A DNA stretch of 64,000 nucleotides from an uncultured Dehalococcoidales bacterium (GTDB taxonomy: Bacteria; Chloroflexota; Dehalococcoidia; E44-bin15). Numbering within the stretch: position 1 is the first letter of the stretch; each line of letters begins with the position of its first letter. Under the pieces are notes generated by a model. It saw only the letters and a program-made list of their open reading frames with translations, was not told where the DNA came from and made no database searches. Position numbers and translations under genes: made by a program. The DNA lies in contig CAYUCL010000003.1 in the NCBI GenBank assembly GCA_964443325.1, positions 33,961 to 97,960 of the forward strand, in the 5' to 3' direction. Shown here in pieces: positions 56,148-64,000 of this stretch.

Positions 56148-57194
56148 ATGTATGAATTAAAATTTGATGAGAGGAAATGCATAGCCTGTAAGACTTGTGA
56201 TTGCCTCACCAAGTGCCAGTATATGGATATAGACAGGGATACAGCAAAAACAGAGATGCGCAAAATAATCAATGGTGAGGATTCCTTTGTATTACATGAT
56301 TGCGTAACATGCTATGCCTGCGAGGAGTACTGTAAAATGGGCAACCACCCCTTCTATTTGATCGCTGAACGCCAGGAAGAACTAAATATACCGCCTATGC
56401 CCAGGCCTCTTATCAAACAAGCTGTCCAATTGGGCATCCCCTGGAGGGGAGATCTCAAGATTGAGGAGGTCAAGGAGCCTGTGCTAAGTATGGGTATGTT
56501 CGCTCCGCTTGCCAATTTAATACAGGGGAAGCTTTTTGAAGGTCTCTCTCTCCTATCAGTGGATCCTCGAACGGCGGTTCATCTTTTTTGTCAGCTCATG
56601 TACCTGCACTTCGCCAGGACATCGGTAATAAAGGAGAAATTGCCAGGCATCATAGAAACTATCGCCAAACACAATGTCAAAGAGGTCATATTTTTCCATG
56701 ACGAGTGCTACGGTACCTTTACCTCATATGCCCCTGCGGTTGGCATTGAAGTCCCGTTCAAATCTATTCATTTTCTCGAGTATCTCTACAACAGGCTAGT
56801 GGAACTCAAGGATGATATCAAACCGCTGAATCTTAAAGTGGCTTACCAGCGCCCCTGCTCATCCCGTCTTTCCTCGGATAAGCTCCACTTTGTCGATGAT
56901 ATCTTCAACCTGATAGGGGTAGACGGCGACAGAGAGTATGTTGGCGAGAATGCCCTGTGCTGTGGAGGTACGATCATAGGGCAAAGATATGAAGGAAGAT
57001 ATGAACTCGCTGCTGATGTACAAAGGAGAAATATTGAAGATATGGTGAACGCTGGCGCTGAGCTTTGTGTCTTTAATTGCCCTGCTTGCTACGATACCCT
57101 AAGACGTTTGGTCACCAGAAATGGCATATGGCCCATATTTATGAGCGATCTTTGCCGACTCGCCATAGGCGAGCAACCTGCAGGATGGAGGTGA
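56148..57194 (+). CDS. Fe-S oxidoreductase with CCG domain, paralog of 53535..54563
   Basis: Same Cys motifs, about 80% identical. Confidence 0.7.
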   Translation: MYELKFDERKCIACKTCDCLTKCQYMDIDRDTAKTEMRKIINGEDSFVLHDCVTCYACEEYCKMGNHPFYLIAERQEELNIPPMPRPLIKQAVQLGIPWRGDLKIEEVKEPVLSMGMFAPLANLIQGKLFEGLSLLSVDPRTAVHLFCQLMYLHFARTSVIKEKLPGIIETIAKHNVKEVIFFHDECYGTFTSYAPAVGIEVPFKSIHFLEYLYNRLVELKDDIKPLNLKVAYQRPCSSRLSSDKLHFVDDIFNLIGVDGDREYVGENALCCGGTIIGQRYEGRYELAADVQRRNIEDMVNAGAELCVFNCPACYDTLRRLVTRNGIWPIFMSDLCRLAIGEQPAGWR

Positions 57195-57198
57195 TATT

Positions 57199-58569
57199 AT
57201 GGATTCCATATACAAAGCCCTGGTTGAAATAGTGGGGGAGGACCATGCTTCCACCGAGCAGGAGGAGCTTTACATCCATTCTCGCAGTCTAGGGACGGTA
57301 GAGCCCCACCAGCCCGACTATGTAGTGGCGCCGAGGACAACAGAGGAAGTTCAACAAATAGTTAAGCTGGCAAATAGAGAGAAAATTCCCGTAGTTCCAC
57401 TGGGGGGTGGATTATCTCTAACCGGTCTAGTCATGCCTCTGCGAGGAGGCATTGTGCTAGACATGAAAAGGATGGATACAATAATAGAGGTAAACGAAAA
57501 GGCAAGGTATGTAATTGTCGAGGCTGGCGTTTCACAGGGTAAACTAATATCCTGCCTGGAGAGGTATCATCCTAATCTGATGCACTCAGAGCCTATGGCA
57601 CCAGCCCAAGCCACAATTGCGGGCAATGTGATGATACATGGTCAAGGTGACCTGGCGCAGCCGTATGGTTTTAACTCTGACATGGTTAACGGACTTGAGG
57701 TTGTACTACCAACAGGAGAGGTGTGTAAAATAGGCTCCTGTTCGGTATCTCCCTATTGGTTCACAGCACACCCTTTACCTGATTTAGGGCTCTTCCTCGG
57801 ATGGTTTGGCACCACAGGCATCATTACCAAGCTGTCGCTTAGGCTTTATCCCTGCAAAAAGATAAACGGTGTAGATCGATTCTTGGTAGAGGATGCTGAG
57901 CTAATTCCAGAGATCCTACTCAAGATCACTCACACAGAGATGGTGGGAGATCTGGTTTCTTCCATCCAAGGACTCCCACTTGCGGTTAGGGGAATCCACA
58001 TCATAACAATCAACATAAACGGAGATTCCGAGAAGGAGATCGAGTTTAAGAGGCAATTGATCCGCGAAGATATCCTAGGGGAATATATTCGGAATGGGGA
58101 TTGCGGATTTATGGGTACGACGCCAGATTTGAGAACAGGGCAACAGAGACCTACGATTACAACGGTCGCTGACATTAAGAGGGGTGGTGGATTTGAATAT
58201 GTTGGAGCAATACTACCGGTGGATACATATCCCGAGTGTTGCAGAGAAGGTGAGGCGATCTCTTCAAGACACGACATTATCTACACTTTAGGAGGACGAG
58301 TTATCGGAAGGTCTCACGCCATGATGTTTTTCTGGTCATATGCATTCAATCGAGCAGACCCAGAAAGCGTCAGACAGGCAAGGGAAGCACTACATGAATC
58401 AGATGAGCTTGCCCTTAAACTAGGAGGGGTCCCCTGGAAGCCAAGTGTTTATGGACAGAAGTTAATTATGGAGAAGATGGAACCAAATACCCTCGAATTG
58501 ATGAGGAAAATAAAGGAGCTTCTCGACCCTAACGGAATTATGAACCCTGGAAATTGGGAGGTAATGTAA
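57199..58569 (+). CDS. FAD-linked oxidase (GlcD family), paralog of 54589..55968
   Basis: About 75% identical, same domain layout. Confidence 0.8.
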   Translation: MDSIYKALVEIVGEDHASTEQEELYIHSRSLGTVEPHQPDYVVAPRTTEEVQQIVKLANREKIPVVPLGGGLSLTGLVMPLRGGIVLDMKRMDTIIEVNEKARYVIVEAGVSQGKLISCLERYHPNLMHSEPMAPAQATIAGNVMIHGQGDLAQPYGFNSDMVNGLEVVLPTGEVCKIGSCSVSPYWFTAHPLPDLGLFLGWFGTTGIITKLSLRLYPCKKINGVDRFLVEDAELIPEILLKITHTEMVGDLVSSIQGLPLAVRGIHIITININGDSEKEIEFKRQLIREDILGEYIRNGDCGFMGTTPDLRTGQQRPTITTVADIKRGGGFEYVGAILPVDTYPECCREGEAISSRHDIIYTLGGRVIGRSHAMMFFWSYAFNRADPESVRQAREALHESDELALKLGGVPWKPSVYGQKLIMEKMEPNTLELMRKIKELLDPNGIMNPGNWEVM

Positions 58570-59759
58570 TGGCTCTTGCAGATTATAAATACAAAGATGT
58601 CATACACAGGTGCTTCAGGTGTGGCTACTGTAAGTTTCCAAGTAACTGGATGGAGGTGAATAACTGCCCAGCTTATGCCAGATTCCGTCTGGAAAGCTAC
58701 TCCACAGGGGGGCGGTTGTGGCTGATAAGAGCCTGGCTAAATGATGAAATAGAGTGGACGGACCATCTTGCCCAGATTGTATATTCATGCGCCGCATGTA
58801 AAAACTGTGTTGAGCAATGCCCATATCGCTTCCATGATGATATCGTCGACATGATCATAGCAGCAAGGAGTGAGATGGTTGAGAGAGGTTCAATACCATC
58901 TGTTGTCAAGGAGTTTTTAGAGAATATTCAGAGGCAGGGAAATCCGTATGGGAATGCTAGATCAAAGAGGGGCGAATGGGTTGAGGGAATGGGAATAAAG
59001 CAATATGAGGGACAGGAATATCTGTATTATGTTGGCTGTGTAGGGTCGTATGATACCAGAGCCAAAGAGACAGCGAGAACGCTTGGAGAGGTGCTGCTAA
59101 AAGCCGGCGTATCTTTTGGGGTGATGGGCAATGATGAAAATTGCGATGGTAACGAGGTGAGCAAGCTCGGCGAGGAGAGTTTATTCCAGTCATTAGCTGA
59201 GGACAACATCCAGCAATTCAAAGATTTAGGGGTAGAGAAGATTGTTGCCCTCTCTCCGCATTCCTACAACGCCATTAAAAACGACTATCCTATGTTTAAT
59301 GGTAGCTTTGAGGTATTTCACTACACACAACTTCTTCGAGACCTTATCAAAGGGGGAAGGCTAGATATTTCCAGTGGATTCGATGCCAGGGTTACCTACC
59401 ATGACCCCTGTTTCCTCGGCCGGTGGAACAAGGAGTATGAAGCTCCAAGACAAGTGCTAAACGCTATTCCTGGAGTCGAACTGGTAGAGATGGAGAGGAG
59501 TAGAGAGGGCGCCCTGTGCTGTGGTGGCGGCGGCGGCAACTTCTATACCGATTTTCTTGGCGGGAGCGAGGATAGCCCGGCAAGAATCAGAATCCGCGAA
59601 GCCTGCGCTACGGGAGCCAGCATAGTTGCGACAGCCTGTCCCAACTGTATGACCATGCTGGAGGATGCTGTCAAAGCGGAAGGGCTTGAAGAGAGTATTA
59701 AAGTAAAGGATATCTCTGAAATTGTAGCTGAGGCTTGCCTGGCAAAAAGGGCTGATTAG
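58569..59759 (+). CDS. GlcF-like Fe-S protein (two 4Fe-4S ferredoxin motifs plus two CCG domains)
   Basis: CFRCGYCKF...NCP, CAACKNCVEQCP, CCGGGGGNF and CPNCM motifs. ATG at 58569 with a GGAGGT RBS (TAATG overlap with the upstream gene). Confidence 0.7.
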   Translation: MALADYKYKDVIHRCFRCGYCKFPSNWMEVNNCPAYARFRLESYSTGGRLWLIRAWLNDEIEWTDHLAQIVYSCAACKNCVEQCPYRFHDDIVDMIIAARSEMVERGSIPSVVKEFLENIQRQGNPYGNARSKRGEWVEGMGIKQYEGQEYLYYVGCVGSYDTRAKETARTLGEVLLKAGVSFGVMGNDENCDGNEVSKLGEESLFQSLAEDNIQQFKDLGVEKIVALSPHSYNAIKNDYPMFNGSFEVFHYTQLLRDLIKGGRLDISSGFDARVTYHDPCFLGRWNKEYEAPRQVLNAIPGVELVEMERSREGALCCGGGGGNFYTDFLGGSEDSPARIRIREACATGASIVATACPNCMTMLEDAVKAEGLEESIKVKDISEIVAEACLAKRAD

Positions 59760-59837
59760 CTAATTACGGAATAGATTTCCTTTAGTAACCATATTCCCCG
59801 TATCAAATCATCCTTCTTTCTTAGCAGGAGATTAATC

Positions 59838-60620
59838 ATGGATATAGTGGTAGCTATAAAACAGGTGCCAGATACTTCAGAAGCGGTGGATGTAGTGGAA
59901 ATCGATGCATCCGGAAGGGATATAAATAAAGAGGCGCTGGTTTCCAAGATAAACGATTGGGACGAGTACGCTTTAGAGGAAGCAGTACAGTTGAAGCAGA
60001 AGCTAGGAGGAACTGTTACCGCGGTAACGGTGGGAGCAAGTGAATGGGATGATATCCTGAGAAGAGCATTAGCTATGGGTGCTGACAGGGCGATTAGAAT
60101 CGATGAAGATGCAGCTTCCATGGACTCCAACACTGTAGCCAAGATTCTGACAGCCGTTATCATCCATTTGCCCTATGACCTAGTAATCTTCGGTGCACAA
60201 TCAGAAGATTTCGGTAGCGGTCAACTTGGCTGCATGGTTGCTGAGATGCTTGATATTCCGCATGCCACCCTCGTGGTCAGCCTCCAGATGGATGAGGGAG
60301 AGGTTCGAGTAAGCCGAGAGCTAGAGGGTGGCGCGCTTGAGTTGTATACCCTGAAGCTTCCTGCGCTTCTGACTATCCAGACTGGTATCAATCGGCCAAG
60401 GTATGTCTCCTTTGCCAGCATTAAAAAGGCAAGGGAGAAGGAATTGAAGGTGATCTCGCTCAACGAGCTGGGCTTGTCCCGCGATGCATTAACTCCACTG
60501 GTAATATTGGAGAAATTAGAGTTAACGCCCACAGGTAAAAAGGCAGAGCTAATATCCGGTTCGGCTGAAGAGACTGCGGGCAAACTGGCGATGATCCTGA
60601 ATGATTCGGGGGTTATCTGA
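59838..60620 (+). CDS. etfB: electron transfer flavoprotein beta subunit
   Basis: MDIVVAIKQVPD N-terminus and EtfB fold length of 260 aa. Confidence 0.85.
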   Translation: MDIVVAIKQVPDTSEAVDVVEIDASGRDINKEALVSKINDWDEYALEEAVQLKQKLGGTVTAVTVGASEWDDILRRALAMGADRAIRIDEDAASMDSNTVAKILTAVIIHLPYDLVIFGAQSEDFGSGQLGCMVAEMLDIPHATLVVSLQMDEGEVRVSRELEGGALELYTLKLPALLTIQTGINRPRYVSFASIKKAREKELKVISLNELGLSRDALTPLVILEKLELTPTGKKAELISGSAEETAGKLAMILNDSGVI

Positions 60621-61595
60621 GTGGCTGAGATACTGGTAGTTGTCGAACATAGAAATGAAAATTTGGCCGATGTTTCTCTTGAGATGCTTTCCAAAGGGAG
60701 GCATTTGGCTGACCACGTTAGTGCTGAATTGCTGGCCGTCATCATCGGCAAGGATGTTAACAGGTATGCGCCACGGCTTGCCCAGTGGGCAGACAAGGTC
60801 CTCGCAGTGAAGAATGATGAACTGGAGGATTCGCAAGCTGAGCCCTACCAGAAGACATTGGCTCCCATCATAAAAGAGAGAAAACCAAAGCTTGTCTTGA
60901 TAGGTCATAGCTCCTTTGGAATGGATTTGGCTCCCGCACTGACGGTCGATGTGGGAGCACCCCTGGCTACAGATTGCACAAATATAGCTGTAGAAAACGG
61001 AACGATTACGGTAACAAGGGCGATATACAATGGCAAGGTGAATGCGGTCTACTCATTTGCTCCATCTGAAACGGTGATAGTTACTGGTCGTCCGGGTGAA
61101 TTCCCCGTTGAGGAGGGTCAGAAAGGGGGCAGTGTGGAGGAAATTGATTACCTCCTGGACGAAGAGTTTGATTACAAGAGTTTCGAGGGATACATTGAGC
61201 CTGAGGTAAGTGATATAGATATTACCAAATCAGAGGTCTTGATCGCCGTCGGCAGGGGAATAAAAGATAAGGGAAATATCGAATTGGCCGAGGAGTTAGC
61301 CAACGCATTGGGAGGAGTGCTCGCCTGTTCCAGGCCATTGGTAGATTATGGATGGTTACCGTCTGGTCATCAGGTAGGCCTGTCCGGCAAGACGGTAAAG
61401 CCAAAGCTCTATATTGCACTCGGCATAAGCGGTGCCTTCCAACACATGGTTGGTATGAGGGGCTCGAAGATGATTGTGGCCATCAACAGGGATGCAAAGG
61501 CTCCCATTTTTGCCGATGCTAACTACGGGATAATAGATGACATCCTCAAGGTTGTTCCCATCCTCACACAAAGAATAAACGACCTCAAATCCTGA
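60621..61595 (+). CDS. etfA: electron transfer flavoprotein alpha subunit
   Basis: C-terminal FAD-binding signature [17 protein letters not shown]. Directly abuts etfB. Confidence 0.85.
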   Translation: MAEILVVVEHRNENLADVSLEMLSKGRHLADHVSAELLAVIIGKDVNRYAPRLAQWADKVLAVKNDELEDSQAEPYQKTLAPIIKERKPKLVLIGHSSFGMDLAPALTVDVGAPLATDCTNIAVENGTITVTRAIYNGKVNAVYSFAPSETVIVTGRPGEFPVEEGQKGGSVEEIDYLLDEEFDYKSFEGYIEPEVSDIDITKSEVLIAVGRGIKDKGNIELAEELANALGGVLACSRPLVDYGWLPSGHQVGLSGKTVKPKLYIALGISGAFQHMVGMRGSKMIVAINRDAKAPIFADANYGIIDDILKVVPILTQRINDLKS

Positions 61596-61767
61596 ACAAA
61601 ACGCAACTCGACAGCGTGCCCCTCCCATTTGAGCTACCGCCTTAGCTACTCAAAAAACGATGGATTTCACACAATTTTAGCTGAATATGACTGACACAAG
61701 AGCGGACACCGCCGTTAAAGCCAGACCTGGAGCCCTATTTAAATGCTAGTCTGAAACTGGCCCTGCT

Positions 61768-62664
61768 TCACCACTTGGACAGTACATCATTCCAGAAAGC
61801 GTATATCCCCTTCTTTCCCTTCCCTCCTCTATATCCAGCCCGTATCATCGCCCTTACCAGGGGATGAAGGCGACCTTTGTCCGGACCGAGCTCCCTTATC
61901 CTATCTTCCTCCGACCAGTCCGACAGTCCCCAGACCCCAATTATATCGGCAAGCTCAAGAGGCCCGATGGGCAGATTGTAGCCCATCTTGACCGCCTTAT
62001 CTATGTCCTCTGGGGTTGCAACTCTCTCCCACACCATCTGAACCGCCTCTCCAGTCATACGACCGTATACACGGTTGGCCAGAAAGCCGTAACTTACATC
62101 TTTGCACACCACCGGCTCTTTCCCCAACTTCCTAGATAAATCACAAGCGAACTGCACCACCTCATCGGAGGTATGAGCCCCCCTCACCACCTCCACCAGC
62201 CTCATTATGGCCACGGGATAGAAAAAGTGCATTCCTACCACCTTATCGGGGCGGCTTGTGACTTCGCCCATCTCCGTTATGTTAAGACCAGAGGTATTAG
62301 AGGCCAGAATTGCATGCTGCGGAGCACTCGCATCTAGCTTCTTGAAAACATCTTTTTTTACACCCAGGTTCTCCACAACCACCTCAATGACGAAATCAAC
62401 GTCCTTTACCGCTTCCTCTATACTTGTGCTACATCTTATTCGGTCCAATGTAGCCTTCTTTTCCTCCACCGTCAGAGTACCTTTAGAGACGAAATAACGC
62501 TCCAACCTTTCTTCAATCGCCCGCAGTCCATTACTCACCAGTTCATCACTCATATCCACCATATGCGTCTCATAACTCCCCAGACGGGCAAGGATTTCAG
62601 CTATTTGAGAGCCCATGGTACCTGCACCTATCACCGCAACTTTCTTAATATCTTCGACCTTCAT
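61768..62664 (-). CDS. 3-hydroxyacyl-CoA dehydrogenase (NAD-binding, Hbd-like)
   Basis: VAVIGAGTMGSQIA Rossmann motif and an HCDH C-terminal domain. Start at the internal Met with an AAGGAG RBS. Confidence 0.8.
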   Translation of the reverse strand: MKVEDIKKVAVIGAGTMGSQIAEILARLGSYETHMVDMSDELVSNGLRAIEERLERYFVSKGTLTVEEKKATLDRIRCSTSIEEAVKDVDFVIEVVVENLGVKKDVFKKLDASAPQHAILASNTSGLNITEMGEVTSRPDKVVGMHFFYPVAIMRLVEVVRGAHTSDEVVQFACDLSRKLGKEPVVCKDVSYGFLANRVYGRMTGEAVQMVWERVATPEDIDKAVKMGYNLPIGPLELADIIGVWGLSDWSEEDRIRELGPDKGRLHPLVRAMIRAGYRGGKGKKGIYAFWNDVLSKW

Positions 62665-62795
62665 ATATCTCCTTTCTTCAACTCTTTGGTAGCATGTCAA
62701 ATAACTGACACGCTTTTAAGCAGCCTCGTCTTGCAATTTACCTCGCATTGCAGGGCACCATCAAAACCCGGCAATAGTCCTCGGCCACTACTAAC

Positions 62796-63026
62796 TTACC
62801 TGAACAACCTCAGCACGACGTTGATCAAAATGGTCAGCACAAGGCTGATAATGATGCAAGTTACCACTGGGATAAATAAGCTGAAGCTGCCTCTCTGGAT
62901 CATAAAGTTACCAGGAAGCTTCGCCAGAAAAGGGATACGTTCCCAGAAAATTAAAAACAATCCAAACAGGATAAGAAAAACCCCGGCAAGGATTAAGAAC
63001 TTCCCTACCCCACTAAAGGCAAACAT
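62796..63026 (-). CDS. DUF2905-like small membrane protein
   Basis: 76 aa with two TM helices flanking LAKLPGNFMIQRG. Confidence 0.45.
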   Translation of the reverse strand: MFAFSGVGKFLILAGVFLILFGLFLIFWERIPFLAKLPGNFMIQRGSFSLFIPVVTCIIISLVLTILINVVLRLFR

Positions 63027-63145
63027 CTCGTGTCCTCGCCTGTTTCCATTTTGAAATTAGACTTTATGCTATGTTTGTGCGGCTTCATCGCATTTCCACA
63101 GCAACCACCACCCTACGCTCGAAGCCAAAACACTACCATGCAACT

Positions 63146-63772
63146 CTACTTCGCCCCCGTTTTCAACCCTTCTATTATTCTGGCGAATTCCTCACTATAT
63201 CTCTTCTCGTGCTGAGAAAGGAACTCTCGCCACTGGGGGTTGCGTTTCACCGCCTCATCTGCACTCAATTGCACCATCGCCGTATTCTGACCTTGTTTCA
63301 CCTGCTCCATCCTTAATCGAGGATCCCTTTCTACCTGTGCTCTTAGCTCGTCATAGGCACGTTGCACTTCCTCGCCATATCTTCTTTGTAATTGTTCAAT
63401 TGAATTCAAACCCGCCTCAAGCACCGGCGTATTCTGTTGCTCCTTTAGAGTCTCTACAGCCAAAATGCCCTCTTTTCGTTTCTGAATCTCCTCTAGCCCA
63501 CTACTAAAACTGAGGGAATCAATCAGCTTTAACTGGACTTCTTTCAGTAGCTGTCCTTTCCCTTGGTCTCCATATTCTTTCAGTGCGGTCCACAATCCCT
63601 CAGATGTAAGCTCCTCTGTATAGAATTCTGAAAGCAATGAATCCAACCTCTCGGAATCTTTCATCCGTTCCTTCTCTTCACTGGTCAATTCGCCTGCTTT
63701 CGCCAGCCTCTCTCTCACTATCGGGGGCAGCTTTTCTTCCCAGTCTGTCATCTTTTTACCTCCCATTGCCAT
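63146..63772 (-). CDS. hypothetical coiled-coil protein
   Basis: Charged, helical, E/K/Q-rich sequence. No family recognised. Confidence 0.3.
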   Translation of the reverse strand: MAMGGKKMTDWEEKLPPIVRERLAKAGELTSEEKERMKDSERLDSLLSEFYTEELTSEGLWTALKEYGDQGKGQLLKEVQLKLIDSLSFSSGLEEIQKRKEGILAVETLKEQQNTPVLEAGLNSIEQLQRRYGEEVQRAYDELRAQVERDPRLRMEQVKQGQNTAMVQLSADEAVKRNPQWREFLSQHEKRYSEEFARIIEGLKTGAK

Positions 63773-63840
63773 TATGGTATGACTCTATCTGTGTCGAAAT
63801 GGATACATCTATCACCCAGTACACGGCTTAACTCACTAGC

Positions 63841-64000
63841 TATCAGTTTCGGCCTGGGTCTCTTTTTCGGTTTCAGTCTCACTCTCGGGTTGACCCTCCG
63901 TCTCACGCGCCCTAATCCAGCGTTTAATCTCATCTAAGGCAGGCGGGGCAATGTAGAAAACCTGTATATCGGACGGAAACTGAACCTGATGCCCTTCTCT
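63841..64000 (-). CDS. C-terminal fragment of a gene that continues beyond the window end
   Basis: The reverse-strand frame reads ...GHQVQFPSDIQVFYIAPPALDEIKRWIRARETEGQPESETETEKETQAETDS and stops at TAG 63841-63843. Confidence 0.3.

Noticed and set aside
1-64000. Search for rRNA, tRNA, CRISPR arrays, transposase or integrase genes
   Set aside because: No tRNA-like cloverleaf regions, no direct-repeat/spacer arrays and no transposase-like ORFs were recognised by eye. Absence is not proven without tRNAscan / CRISPR detection tools.

Overview
This 64-kb window is gene-dense (about 60 CDS) with no rRNA, tRNA or CRISPR that I could see. The content looks like an anaerobe with an acyl-CoA / beta-oxidation-like metabolism (GC about 55%). 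Main blocks in order:
- 1..12.4 kb: two paralogous OFA-type MFS transporters, four crotonase-family enoyl-CoA hydratases, a nitroreductase, a four-gene OpuC-type quaternary-amine ABC importer with a lipoprotein binding protein, and a DHA2 MFS.
- 12.6..35.5 kb: housekeeping and miscellaneous genes, including a cyclophilin lipoprotein, SDR epimerases, GNAT, nitroreductase, a PP-loop ATPase, an MBL hydrolase, a CNNM/CorC transporter, DUF1847, an ABC-class ATPase, nitrilase plus amidase, CbiX, and a MarR-epimerase operon behind a textbook sigma70 promoter.
- 21.8..23.7 kb: an in-frame fusion of an rRNA m5U methyltransferase (RlmD family) with Maf.
- 31.5..39 kb: an HpaB / 4-hydroxybutyryl-CoA dehydratase-family flavoenzyme (31516..33003), nitronate monooxygenase, an HDAC-family amidohydrolase, and two tandem family III (CaiB/BaiF, BbsEF-like) CoA-transferases.
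- 39.8..43.2 kb: a consensus promoter overlapped by a GAAC-N4-GTTC LexA/Cheo box, driving a small overlapping ORF plus a short DnaE-family polymerase that carries a +1 frameshift.
- 43.5..44.5 kb: an orphan proteasome beta-type Ntn-hydrolase homologue whose nucleophile position is Ser rather than Thr, with a translationally coupled small ORF.
- 44.7..50.2 kb (minus strand): a Cys-containing 118-aa protein, a large glycyl radical enzyme (GRE) with benzylsuccinate/alkylsuccinate-synthase-like blocks (fumarate-adding-enzyme candidate), a second HpaB-family paralog and a C_GCAxxG_C_C protein. No activase is present in the window.
- 50.3..62.7 kb: a GT2 glycosyltransferase, PlsY, an epoxide-hydrolase-like gene, a duplicated [Fe-S CCG protein + FAD-linked oxidase] module followed by a GlcF-like Fe-S protein and EtfB/EtfA, a 3-hydroxyacyl-CoA dehydrogenase, and DUF2905.
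Two copies of a compound palindromic roughly 60-bp element with compensatory stem changes lie in intergenic DNA. All family assignments rest on motif recognition by eye; no searches were run.
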